A model generated the notes under the pieces. The model had not been told where the DNA came from. It did not search any database and was given only the letters and a program-made list of their open reading frames with translations. A stretch of DNA of 64,000 nt from an uncultured Candidatus Saccharibacteria bacterium (GTDB lineage Bacteria; Patescibacteriota; Minisyncoccia; Phycocordibacterales; Phycocordibacteraceae): the NCBI GenBank assembly GCA_964391975.1, contig CAYMNZ010000001.1, positions 262,978 to 326,977 on the forward strand, in the 5' to 3' direction. Each line of letters starts with the position of its first letter. Positions within the stretch are counted from its first letter, which is position 1. Made by a program: the position numbers and the translations under genes. Below are positions 10,024 to 18,866 of the stretch, in pieces.

Positions 10024-11285
10024 TGGATCGCGTTGCGCTTAAAACACTCGACCTTCCTGACCTGCCTGGTGTCTATCTCTTTACCCTTGGGAAAGGGCGT
10101 GCGAAGAAAGTGCTCTACGTAGGCAAGGCGACGTCGCTTCGTGACCGCGTGCGTTCGTACTTTGATGACGACCTTATCGCAACGCGTGGACCGCGGTTGG
10201 TTGATGTTGTTACTCGAGCGGAGAGCGTTTCCTTTGAAGTCACACCAACTGTTCTTGAAGCGCTCGTTAGGGAAGCTGCACTCATACGTGAGCACCATCC
10301 TCATGGGAACTCAATGGGAAAGGACGATAAGACTTTCCTGTATGCGGTCATTACGGACGAGGAAATACCGAGAGTGCTTGCAATTCGTGGCAAGGACCTC
10401 GATATGAAGGGAAGTCGCATTCTTGAGAACGGCATCAAACTCCGAGCCATACACGGACCATTTACGAGTGGGTACCAACTCCGAGAGGCGCTTCGTTTAA
10501 TACGCCGCATCTTCCCTTTCTACGATACTGAACGCCCGGTTGGGCAAGGAAATCGACACGTGCAGGGAAAGGTGGAGTTCAATCGACAGATTGGACACTA
10601 TCCGCGCGGTATGGACCGCAAAGACTACCTTTGCTCCATTCGCAACGTCTCTCTGTTTCTCTCAGGACGTGTGAAAACACTGAGAGTCACTCTAGAGAAG
10701 GAAATGAAAAAGGCAGCAAAAGAGGAGCGCTTTGAAGATGCGGCTGAGATTCGTCGCCAGCTCTTCGCTCTCGACCATGTGCAGGATGTTTCGCTTATTC
10801 GCGAGGACCGAGAGACAGAGGTAGTGAGTCCACGTATCGAGGCCTACGATACCGCCCACCTCTCTGGAAAGGACGCCATCGGGGTCATGGTGGTCATAGA
10901 GAACTCAGTGCCGGTGAAGAAAGACTATCGCACTTTCCGCATACGCGGGTACGGAGGGAAGTCACTTAACGACGACATCGCTTCTCTCAAGGAGATTTTG
11001 AATCGCCGTCTCGGGCACCCAGAATGGCAGCTGCCCAAGGCCATCGTCATAGATGGTGGGAAGACCCATAAGAAGGCCGCTGAGGAGGTCTTAAAGCTCG
11101 CTGGCGTAGGGATTCCGGTGGTTGCAGTAGTGAAGGACGATAAACACCGCCCCCGGGAAGTCATTGGCTCTCTTCGGGCCGGGATAGCAGACGCTGATGC
11201 AGTACTCGCAAACTCAGAGGCGCACCGGTTCGCTATCGGGAGACACCGATGGGCTCGTCGGAGTGCACTTCGGAAACGTCTGTAA
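10023..11285 (+). CDS. uvrC: excinuclease ABC subunit C (short form)
   Basis: GIY-YIG (PGVYLF..YVGKATSLRDRVRSYF), UVR (FEDAAEIR), RNase H-like (IEAYDTAH, IDGG, EAHRFA); no HhH tail. Confidence 0.88.
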   Translation: MDRVALKTLDLPDLPGVYLFTLGKGRAKKVLYVGKATSLRDRVRSYFDDDLIATRGPRLVDVVTRAESVSFEVTPTVLEALVREAALIREHHPHGNSMGKDDKTFLYAVITDEEIPRVLAIRGKDLDMKGSRILENGIKLRAIHGPFTSGYQLREALRLIRRIFPFYDTERPVGQGNRHVQGKVEFNRQIGHYPRGMDRKDYLCSIRNVSLFLSGRVKTLRVTLEKEMKKAAKEERFEDAAEIRRQLFALDHVQDVSLIREDRETEVVSPRIEAYDTAHLSGKDAIGVMVVIENSVPVKKDYRTFRIRGYGGKSLNDDIASLKEILNRRLGHPEWQLPKAIVIDGGKTHKKAAEEVLKLAGVGIPVVAVVKDDKHRPREVIGSLRAGIADADAVLANSEAHRFAIGRHRWARRSALRKRL

Positions 11286-11309
11286 GGATGCCTGGGTTAT
11301 ACTTTCCAC

Positions 11310-12284
11310 ATGCACGGAACTGTTGTCGGTATTCTTCGGGGAGGACCATCGTCAGAACACGATGTATCACTTAAGACAGGAGCAGCGATGCTCAAGAATC
11401 TTTGTCGGGAGCGTCACACCCCGAAAGATATTTTTATAGACCGGCAGGGAATCTGGCACGAGCGTGGGATTCCGGTGTCTCCTGAGAAAGTGCTCCGAAG
11501 TATTGACGTTGCGCTCCTTGGATTTCATGGAGAGTGGGGAGAAGACGGTGAAGTACAGAAGCTGCTTGAACGTTATGGTGTTCCCTACACCGGTTCTGAC
11601 TCGCTAGGCTCTGCGCTCGCTATGCATAAGGTGCTCGCAAAGGAGCATGCGTCAGATATCGGTCTTCTCACGCCTCGTTACAGGCTTATTGAGAAGGAGG
11701 AGGACATTGATGCCGCAGTGAGTGAGATTGTGAAATCATTCCTGCAGCCGGTGGTGGTGAAGCCAGTCGCTTCAGGCTCTTCTGTGGGCATTGCTATGAC
11801 ACACGGACACGCACCTTTGGTTGAAGCCGCAATGAACATACTTCAAAGCGGGGGTGGAGCACTTGTTGAGGAGCGCATACGTGGTCGCGAAGCAACGGTG
11901 GGCGTTGTCGAAGGCTTGCGAGGCGAGGAGTACTACGTGCTTCCTCCCATCGAAATAGTGCCGCCTCCAACCGAGGACTTCTTTTCCTACGAAGCAAAGT
12001 ATGGCGGCGGGTCCCGAGAGATTTGTCCGGCTCCTTTCCCAAAGAAGGTGACCAAGGAGCTTATGGAGTCTGCCAGAAAGATTCACAAGGCCCTCGGACT
12101 TCGGCACTACTCCCGTTCAGACTTCATGGTCTCCCCTCACGGTATCTATTACCTTGAGACCAACACGCTTCCTGGCATGACAGAGGAGTCACTTCTGCCT
12201 AAGGCACTTGCTGCAGTGGGCATGTCCTTCCAGGATTTCCTTACCCACCTCATCGACCTAGCCCTTAAGCGCAAGACCGTATGA
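11310..12284 (+). CDS. ddl: D-alanine--D-alanine ligase
   Basis: GGPSSEHDVS, HGEWGEDG, GSSVG, YEAKY, ETNTLPGMT. Confidence 0.95.
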   Translation: MHGTVVGILRGGPSSEHDVSLKTGAAMLKNLCRERHTPKDIFIDRQGIWHERGIPVSPEKVLRSIDVALLGFHGEWGEDGEVQKLLERYGVPYTGSDSLGSALAMHKVLAKEHASDIGLLTPRYRLIEKEEDIDAAVSEIVKSFLQPVVVKPVASGSSVGIAMTHGHAPLVEAAMNILQSGGGALVEERIRGREATVGVVEGLRGEEYYVLPPIEIVPPPTEDFFSYEAKYGGGSREICPAPFPKKVTKELMESARKIHKALGLRHYSRSDFMVSPHGIYYLETNTLPGMTEESLLPKALAAVGMSFQDFLTHLIDLALKRKTV

Positions 12285-12625
12285 AAGACCTGACTCAAAT
12301 GAAATGTGTGGCCTGCGAAGGCGGTGTTCCCAAGCTAACTGAAGGGGATGCGAAGGCGTTCCTTACCCATACGCCGTCTTGGACTCTGTCTCCTGACTAT
12401 ACGTCCGTAGAGCGTACTTTTACATTCAAGGACTTCAAGGAGGCGTTGGCTTTCGCCAATAAGGTTGGCGCAATAGCGGAAGACGAGGGCCATCACCCAG
12501 ACATCACCGTAGGATGGGGCAAGGTTCGAGTTTTCCTGACCACCCATGCCATTAAGGGCCTCTCGGAGAACGACTTTATCGTTGCGGCTAAGGTGGACAA
12601 GCTAGAGCGCGAATCCGTAGCGTAG
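12281..12625 (+). CDS. pterin-4-alpha-carbinolamine dehydratase family protein
   Basis: CVACEGG, FKDF..A..F, EGHHPD, THAIKGLSENDF. Confidence 0.9.
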   Translation: MKDLTQMKCVACEGGVPKLTEGDAKAFLTHTPSWTLSPDYTSVERTFTFKDFKEALAFANKVGAIAEDEGHHPDITVGWGKVRVFLTTHAIKGLSENDFIVAAKVDKLERESVA

Positions 12626-13375
12626 AGCATACGGCGAAGCTCCACCGGTGTTTACCCGATAGAGAAGTCTCGGTTCGCTTGAGGCGAATTCAGTTCTTCC
12701 ATGCAGGACCGCTGTGTTGTCGACAATGAAAAGTTGCTTCGGTTCGAGGCGGAACTCAAAGATGTTCCCAGGGTCGCGTACGAATCCACGAAGCAATTCG
12801 AAGGCGCGACGAGCTTCTTTACGCACCTCAACCTTGGCGACGGTGTCATAACGAAACGCGATGCGTGTAAGAGGACCATGTTTCGAGAACACTGCTCGGG
12901 TTGCTGATTTTCCTGCGCGGGTCACGGTCATCGCGTCAGGAGCGTACAGTTCTGAAAGTCCTTCAGGGTCAATTGACGCCAGGTACTCGTGCGCAGCGCG
13001 TCCTGAGATTACGTGACTCATTCCACCTTCTTTTGCTTGGCGTTCGCAATAGAGAATCGCGGTGAAAGGCGCTTCAGTGTTAAACGTTCCATCAGAGTGG
13101 GGAAGATGGGGCTGTGAGGTTGTCCCCAGGTAGTCAGCGAACCCTTCCATGGGAGTGATTGGCGCAACCCCGTCTTTGTCTGCTCGGTCGTGGGGGAGGA
13201 CGTTCCCGAATACCTTGGCCAACGCCAGTAGCTCTTCCTTAGGGGTACGGGATTCCTCTAGGCTCAGAACCACAAACTTATGCGTGTGGAAGGTATCTAT
13301 GAGCTTTTCAAGGTTATTCCCAGTAAGTTGGGTAGCGCTCGGTACAGAAATAAAGGCGTCAGTAGGGGCCACCAT
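12602..13375 (-). CDS. TauD/TfdA (clavaminate-synthase-like) Fe(II)/2-oxoglutarate dioxygenase
   Basis: HxD (PHSDG), LYC..A..GG, DN..VLHGR..F...RLLYR. Confidence 0.82.
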   Translation of the reverse strand: MVAPTDAFISVPSATQLTGNNLEKLIDTFHTHKFVVLSLEESRTPKEELLALAKVFGNVLPHDRADKDGVAPITPMEGFADYLGTTSQPHLPHSDGTFNTEAPFTAILYCERQAKEGGMSHVISGRAAHEYLASIDPEGLSELYAPDAMTVTRAGKSATRAVFSKHGPLTRIAFRYDTVAKVEVRKEARRAFELLRGFVRDPGNIFEFRLEPKQLFIVDNTAVLHGRTEFASSEPRLLYRVNTGGASPYALRYGFAL

Positions 13376-13473
13376 ACAATTGGTGTAACTGGGTATGGAT
13401 ACCAAAGGTCACCTGAATGCCTAGTGAATAGCCCTCGCGCACCATTTTAAAAACGTGCTATAGTCTCCCGCAC

Positions 13474-13546
13474 GGGCCGTTAGCTCAGTTGGTAGAGCAC
13501 CTCATTTGCAATGAGGGGGTCGCAGGTTCGAATCCTGTACGGTCCA
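13474..13546 (+). tRNA. tRNA-Ala(UGC), CCA not encoded
   Basis: GGGCCGT/ACGGTCC acceptor with G3:U70; CCTCA-TTTGCAA-TGAGG; GGTTCGAATCC; TATAGT box upstream. Confidence 0.96.
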
Positions 13547-13561
13547 CACTATCTAGAAACC

Positions 13562-14077
13562 ATGGAAGACACGTCTTCATTTTGGTCTGCCCTCGGAAGC
13601 ATCATTACAGCATTGGTGACACTAGGATTGTATTGTCTTGCTTCAGAACAACTTAATAAAATAAAAGAAGTCAACAGTGCTGATTTTTTGCACCGGTTGT
13701 TAAATGATCTTGGAAAAAATTCAAAATCCATAGACATAGTGCGCGACTTAAAGAAAAACGATTTAATGTTTACGCTCGTGAATGACTTGGCGTTCTTTTC
13801 AACTTCAACAATTCCGCAGAAATACGACAGTTCGGATTTCAACGAGACAGTTTTGAATCCTCTGGAACTCGTGGCTATTTATGAGAAGAAGGGTCTGATT
13901 GACATAAGCATGGTGTACGAAACATGTGATGCCTATCTTCGTCTTGTTTGGGAACATGAAACTATAAAAGAATATATTGATTGGGTCAGAAGTCGACCTC
14001 GATCCAGTGATTGTTATGATGCGATGGAAGAGTTGTACATAAAGCTTATTAACTATGGGAATGCAAAGATTCAATAA
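13562..14077 (+). CDS. hypothetical protein with N-terminal TM helix (DUF4760-like)
   Basis: AT-rich ORF right after the tRNA; LN..E.VAI....GLID...Y pattern. Confidence 0.6.
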   Translation: MEDTSSFWSALGSIITALVTLGLYCLASEQLNKIKEVNSADFLHRLLNDLGKNSKSIDIVRDLKKNDLMFTLVNDLAFFSTSTIPQKYDSSDFNETVLNPLELVAIYEKKGLIDISMVYETCDAYLRLVWEHETIKEYIDWVRSRPRSSDCYDAMEELYIKLINYGNAKIQ

Positions 14078-14087
14078 ACCTACAACC

Positions 14088-14282
14088 ATGCGACCCGAAC
14101 ATTTCGACGTACTGGGTATTCTTACGTTCACCTACATCCTAGGGTTTGCCCTTTGGGCGTACATCACTGAAGTACCGGTACCGGAGTGGACGCTCGCCAT
14201 TCTCGTGTTTATAGGCATCATTGGCCTCCTCATAGACTGTTCGACTGTGTTCGAATACATCTTCGAAAAGAAGAAGAAATAA
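14088..14282 (+). CDS. small two-TM membrane protein
   Basis: Two hydrophobic segments, Lys tail, abuts next gene. Confidence 0.6.
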   Translation: MRPEHFDVLGILTFTYILGFALWAYITEVPVPEWTLAILVFIGIIGLLIDCSTVFEYIFEKKKK

Positions 14283-14283
14283 T

Positions 14284-14625
14284 ATGCGTGTCTGGGATGT
14301 GTCTCCGCGCATACTCTGTCGCAAGCATCTGCTTGGAGAGCACAGAGAGCTTCATGGGCTCTGGAACATTCTAACCAAGCACAAGGGTGTGGGAGGGTAC
14401 TCACGACACCCAGAAACGCTCAGGTGGGTAGGAAAGACTAAGGCGCTCTATGCCCGGCACGAAACACTGGTGAAGGAGATGCAACGGCGTGGCTATAACC
14501 ATCTGTCCCCGCTTGATAAGCGTTTGGCGAAGGGAAGTGCGACACAGCGAAGCTACATTGACTTCCCTGCTGCCCAGAAGAAGATTCTCAAGAAGAAACC
14601 TTGTGAGTGCCCGGCTACGTTCTAG
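14284..14625 (+). CDS. pyrimidine-dimer DNA glycosylase / T4 endonuclease V-like family
   Basis: MRVW..P..LCRKHLLGEHRELH, HPET.RW, RH..LV.EM.RRGY.H.SPL. Confidence 0.8.
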   Translation: MRVWDVSPRILCRKHLLGEHRELHGLWNILTKHKGVGGYSRHPETLRWVGKTKALYARHETLVKEMQRRGYNHLSPLDKRLAKGSATQRSYIDFPAAQKKILKKKPCECPATF

Positions 14626-15409
14626 GTGCAAGAAAGAGCGTTCGTAGAGAGTTTCTATTACTAGAGAGGATTTTCGCTACGAATCCTTTTGGATCTTTCT
14701 GCGCCGCAAATGCCGGAGTGAGAGGCAGCTCTTCCTGCATTCGGTTCATGAAGCAATTGAAAATTTCGGCTCGTTTGGCAAGAATTCCAGGATGTTCCGT
14801 AGGGTCCGAGAGATTCCCCGAGAGGTACATAGTCTCGAGAAGGGAAATGAAGTCCTTGAGATACCCATCGAGGTTCTTGTCTGTACGAAAAACGTTTGAA
14901 CCGGTTTCCATGAATGCCTTGATGAGCGCGTGCTGGTCTTGCTCCGATTTAATCCCCGAGAGGGAGTCCTTTAGCAAGCCGTAGAGCCGGACTGTATCGA
15001 TGATTGCCTTATCGGCGATGATGGCAATCCTTTCTTTTGGAACCTCATGTACCTCCACTTGAGCTCGGTCCGGATGGCGAGCATCGAGTGCTTCTTCCAA
15101 ATCGTCTGCCTCGCCCTCGGGACTGGCTGCAATTGCGTTTCGAACATGAAATGCACGCATCATCGTGTTAAATCCCGTCACCTGCTCTTCCGTAAGCACC
15201 CATTTTTTCTTTGGGACGCTATGTAGTATGTCTTTGCTTCCAAGGTCGCCCGAGGTCATACCTTCCCCCATAAAGAAGGTGATTGCCGCTGGAGTGAACG
15301 GGTACCGCGCGTTCCCTTTGGGGAATCCGACAAACCAAGACTGTGGGATAACTATTTCCTTGGGTTGAAGCCATTCAGGTGTTTCCTTCTTTGCTTTGAA
15401 GAGTTCCAT
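14615..15409 (-). CDS. hypothetical protein
   Basis: 264-aa ORF; TATACT (15418-15423, minus strand) 8 nt before the ATG. Confidence 0.65.
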   Translation of the reverse strand: MELFKAKKETPEWLQPKEIVIPQSWFVGFPKGNARYPFTPAAITFFMGEGMTSGDLGSKDILHSVPKKKWVLTEEQVTGFNTMMRAFHVRNAIAASPEGEADDLEEALDARHPDRAQVEVHEVPKERIAIIADKAIIDTVRLYGLLKDSLSGIKSEQDQHALIKAFMETGSNVFRTDKNLDGYLKDFISLLETMYLSGNLSDPTEHPGILAKRAEIFNCFMNRMQEELPLTPAFAAQKDPKGFVAKILSSNRNSLRTLFLAPRT

Positions 15410-15442
15410 TGCCACAAAGTATAGGGCAGGCCTTACCAAACG

Positions 15443-15469
15443 AAAAACCGCCCCTCAAGGGGGCGGTTT
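15443..15469 (-). terminator. intrinsic terminator after SWIB gene (potentially bidirectional)
   Basis: AAAAACCGCCCC-TCAAG-GGGGCGGTTT. Confidence 0.85.
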
Positions 15470-15490
15470 CCGTAACCTCTGTAGAGAGGG

Positions 15491-15739
15491 TTAGGACATG
15501 TGAGGCGAGATGAGCTTCGTCATCTCGAACATGGTTACTTCTGCCTTTCCACCGAAGAGGACCTTAAGTTTGTCATCCGCGAGGATGTTCCTCTTGTTCT
15601 TAGGGTTCTGGAGGTCGTTCTTCTTGATGTACTCCCAAATCTTCTTGGTGACCTCAGAGCGGGGCATTGGGCCTGCTCCCACGACTGCCTGAAGCTCAGG
15701 CGAGAGGGTCATCGGCTTAGATAGTGCTGCGTTAGGCAT
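15491..15739 (-). CDS. stand-alone SWIB/MDM2 domain protein
   Basis: LSPEL..VVG..PMPRSEVTKKIWEYIKKNDLQNPKNKRNILADDKL..LF. Confidence 0.93.
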   Translation of the reverse strand: MPNAALSKPMTLSPELQAVVGAGPMPRSEVTKKIWEYIKKNDLQNPKNKRNILADDKLKVLFGGKAEVTMFEMTKLISPHMS

Positions 15740-15845
15740 GATGATTCGTTATCTTTTATGGATTATCCGTACAGCATCCCCTATATGGCGGATACGTCAA
15801 TAGGAAGCTGTAGCATAGCCCGGATGGGGCTTAGGTGAACCTCAG

Positions 15846-15916
15846 TCGGGCCGCCGGGAATCGAACCCGGTCTCTACGCACCCGAAGCGTATGTACTACC
15901 GGTATACTACGGCCCG
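15846..15916 (-). tRNA. tRNA-Pro(CGG), CCA not encoded
   Basis: Reverse complement CGGGCCG...TACGC-TTCGGGT-GCGTA...GGTTCGATTCC...CGGCCCGA. Confidence 0.93.
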
Positions 15917-15965
15917 AATTGGCACAGAATATCAAGGATTACGACCACGTGATACTCTTTTGGGT

Positions 15966-16277
15966 ATGACATGGGTTGAAGGCCCGCATGGCTACAGTCG
16001 GCAGGAGCCTACTCGCGAGAATACACACGTGATTGAGGTTGATGGTGAATATACAAAAAAGAGCCTCAGGTTCTCTAGGCTGCTTCAGCAAGCGTGTGCC
16101 GAAGCTGAGGCCCAAGGCAAGAACATCGTACAAGTGATTTTCAAAAACGGGATTCGAGTCTATCGATTCAACAAGGCACTACAGCAGGAGGAAACCGACC
16201 CGGTACGATACGTCCTACAAATCCCTCCCCATTTCCAGGATGATTTTAGAGAAGAAGACTTGGAACTTGAAAAGTGA
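15966..16277 (+). CDS. hypothetical protein
   Basis: ORF exactly filling the gap between two tRNAs. Confidence 0.5.
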   Translation: MTWVEGPHGYSRQEPTRENTHVIEVDGEYTKKSLRFSRLLQQACAEAEAQGKNIVQVIFKNGIRVYRFNKALQQEETDPVRYVLQIPPHFQDDFREEDLELEK

Positions 16278-16278
16278 G

Positions 16279-16352
16279 TGGGCAATACAGGATTCGAACC
16301 TGTGACCTTTCGCGTGTGAGGCGAACGCTCTAACCAGCTGAGCTAATTGCCC
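16279..16352 (-). tRNA. tRNA-Val(CAC), CCA not encoded
   Basis: Reverse complement GGGCAAT...TTCGC-CTCACAC-GCGAA...GGTTCGAATCC...ATTGCCCA. Confidence 0.95.
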
Positions 16353-16399
16353 GAGAGGCAACGATACCAAAGGAGGGCACCAAATGCTACGCTAGTTGA

Positions 16400-16978
16400 A
16401 TGATTCCGCGTCCAGACGGCCACCAGAAGATTCCTCCCCACGCAACGAAAGCCTTTGAAGGGGTGCTCTTCGATGTGTATCAGTGGGAGCAGGAGTTGTT
16501 TGATGGCACGAAGGCAACGTTCGAGAAGCTTCGACGTCAGGACACCGTTTCAGTCATTGCAACAACTAACGATCGTAAGATTCTTCTCATCAACGACGAG
16601 CAGCCGGGGCGCGATGCAGTCATCACGTTCCCTGGTGGGCGACTGGATGCTGGCGAAGACCCAGAGACTGCGGCTAAGCGGGAACTTCTTGAGGAAACTG
16701 GGTACGAAGCAAAGGAGTTGGTGCTCTGGAAGAGTTATCAACCAGTTTCAAAGCTCGACTGGGCGTTCTATATCTTCGTTGCGCGGAACGTTGAAAAGGT
16801 CACCGAGCCGCATCTTGATGCTGGAGAGCGCATTTCCATGTGGGAGGCAGGTCTCGATGAGGTTATTGAGGTCATGCGGCAGCCACAGTTCCAGGGGAAG
16901 GAGATTGCACTCGACTTACTTGAAGCGAAGTACAACGCTGAATCAAAAAAGAAGCTCGAAGAGCTCCTGTTTGGTTGA
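16400..16978 (+). CDS. NUDIX hydrolase (ADP-ribose pyrophosphatase-like)
   Basis: Nudix box GGRLDAGEDPETAAKRELLEETGY. Confidence 0.92.
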   Translation: MIPRPDGHQKIPPHATKAFEGVLFDVYQWEQELFDGTKATFEKLRRQDTVSVIATTNDRKILLINDEQPGRDAVITFPGGRLDAGEDPETAAKRELLEETGYEAKELVLWKSYQPVSKLDWAFYIFVARNVEKVTEPHLDAGERISMWEAGLDEVIEVMRQPQFQGKEIALDLLEAKYNAESKKKLEELLFG

Positions 16979-17052
16979 TGGTCGGGCCGCCGGGAATCGA
17001 ACCCGGTCAGTCTGCTCCCAAAGCAGATGTACTACCGGTATACTACGGCCCG
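16979..17052 (-). tRNA. tRNA-Pro(UGG), CCA encoded
   Basis: Reverse complement CGGGCCG...TCTGC-TTTGGGA-GCAGA...CGGCCCGACCA. Confidence 0.94.
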
Positions 17053-17134
17053 ATTCGGTGGAGAATAGCAGATTGAATCGATTAAGGATATATACTAGTC
17101 TCAGACTCAACTGGGCATTCTCCTCGAGTCCATT

Positions 17135-17617
17135 ATGAAAACACCGCAAAAACCACTTTTCATTGAACGAGCAACGTCCTGGATAGGGTCGGTGCCTTCG
17201 CTCATTCTCCATACGGTGGTATTTCTGGGGGCCTTTAGTCTTGGCATCATCCACGCTGCTTCCTGGGAGATTATTCTGCTCGTGCTTACGACTGTGGTTT
17301 CGCTTGAGGCCATCTATCTTGCGATTTTCATACAGATGACGGTTAACCGAAACACTCAGCAGCTGCGTGAGGTGGAGGAAGACATTGATGAGATTCAGGA
17401 AGATGTTGAGGAACTTGGAGAGGACGTTGATGAGATTCAGGAAGACATCGAAGAGATGAGTGAGGATCTTGATGAGATTCAGGAGGACGTGGAGGAGATG
17501 ACGGAAGAAGAGGAAGCAGAGGCACAAAGCGTAAAGAATGCCGCGACGCTTGAGCAGCTCACTGCTGACGTTCGCCGCGTACTTGCTGACCTTGAGGGGC
17601 TCAAGGAAAAGAAGTAA
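17135..17617 (+). CDS. DUF1003-like membrane protein with acidic coiled coil
   Basis: WIGS..SL..H, LTTVVSLEAIYLAIFIQM..NR, then acidic heptads. Confidence 0.75.
   Translation: MKTPQKPLFIERATSWIGSVPSLILHTVVFLGAFSLGIIHAASWEIILLVLTTVVSLEAIYLAIFIQMTVNRNTQQLREVEEDIDEIQEDVEELGEDVDEIQEDIEEMSEDLDEIQEDVEEMTEEEEAEAQSVKNAATLEQLTADVRRVLADLEGLKEKK
17371..17520 (+). repeat. coding tandem repeat, 42-nt period (acidic heptads)
   Basis: TTGATGAGATTCAGGA at 17385, 17427 and 17469. Confidence 0.85.
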
Positions 17618-17629
17618 CATTCTTCTAAC

Positions 17630-17703
17630 GGGCCCATAGTAAAACGGTATTACGCATCCATGGCATGGATGAAGTCGGGGTTCGATTCCCCGTGGGTCCA
17701 CCA
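17630..17703 (+). tRNA. tRNA-Ala(GGC), CCA encoded
   Basis: GGGCCCA/TGGGTCC with G3:U70; CATCC-ATGGCAT-GGATG with A32-U38. Confidence 0.94.
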
Positions 17704-17715
17704 CTCTCCACAGTT

Positions 17716-17744
17716 TTGCGGACTAAGCATCTGCTTGCTACTAT
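17716..17744 (+). promoter_or_regulatory. putative sigma70 promoter of atp operon
   Basis: TTGCGG-17 nt-TACTAT with extended TG. Confidence 0.55.
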
Positions 17745-17781
17745 GCCCCTATAACCCAGGACAGGGGTCATTTTTGTACAC

Positions 17782-18573
17782 ATGGCAACCGAACATCTAG
17801 CCGAAGAAGCTGGCCACGCCGCTGAGGCGGCGCATGGCGCCAGTATCCACGTGGTCCTTAAGGCCGAGGAGCTTTTCAGTCTCTGGGGTCTCCCGGTGAC
17901 TAACTCGCTGTTGATGACCTGGATTGTGGTCGGTTTGATGCTTCTCTTTGCTGTGCTCTTTCGACGCCAGATTTCTATGGTGCCAGGGAAGCTTCAGGCG
18001 GCTATTGAAATGCTCTTCCAGGGCGTGCTCGATTACATGGCGGAGACCCTTGAGGACGAGAAGCTTGCGCGCCGGTTCTTCCCGCTCATCATGACCATTT
18101 TCCTGTTCGTGTTGGTTGCCAATGAGCTCGCCTTTATTCCAGGAGTAGGGTCGGTGCTCTACGGGGATGTGCCGTTACTGCGCGCCCCAGCTGCTGACCT
18201 TAACCTGACGCTCGCGCTTGCGATTATCGCGTTCTTTACCATCGAAATCACTGGTGCGGTGGTACTTGGGTTTTTCAAGTATGCCGGGAAATATGTTAAC
18301 TTCAGGTCACCGGTCGACTTCATCGTGGGCATCATCGAGCTCCTGTCGAACGTGGGTCGCCTCGTCTCCTTCTCCTTCCGTCTTTTCGGAAACGTGTTTG
18401 CAGGGGAGGTGATGATTGCGGTAGCGGTGTTCTTCGTCGCGTACCTGGTGCCGGTGCCCCTGATGGCCTTTGAGGTCTTCGTGGGCTTCATCCAGGCAGT
18501 GGTGTTCGCGATGTTGACCCTGTTCTTTATCAAGCTTGCAATCATGGAACCGCACGGGGACGAGGCACACTAG
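17782..18573 (+). CDS. atpB: ATP synthase Fo subunit a
   Basis: VPGKLQ, SFSFRLFGNVFAGEV, FVGFIQAVVFAML. Confidence 0.96.
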   Translation: MATEHLAEEAGHAAEAAHGASIHVVLKAEELFSLWGLPVTNSLLMTWIVVGLMLLFAVLFRRQISMVPGKLQAAIEMLFQGVLDYMAETLEDEKLARRFFPLIMTIFLFVLVANELAFIPGVGSVLYGDVPLLRAPAADLNLTLALAIIAFFTIEITGAVVLGFFKYAGKYVNFRSPVDFIVGIIELLSNVGRLVSFSFRLFGNVFAGEVMIAVAVFFVAYLVPVPLMAFEVFVGFIQAVVFAMLTLFFIKLAIMEPHGDEAH

Positions 18574-18620
18574 CCTTTTCTCCATGCGGCTCCGGGATGG
18601 AGCACTTTACGAAACGATAA

Positions 18621-18860
<240 letters not shown>

Positions 18861-18866
18861 CCAATC

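Noticed and set aside
16943-17704. 253-aa minus-strand ORF
   Set aside because: Overlaps two tRNAs and is the antisense of the acidic repeat.
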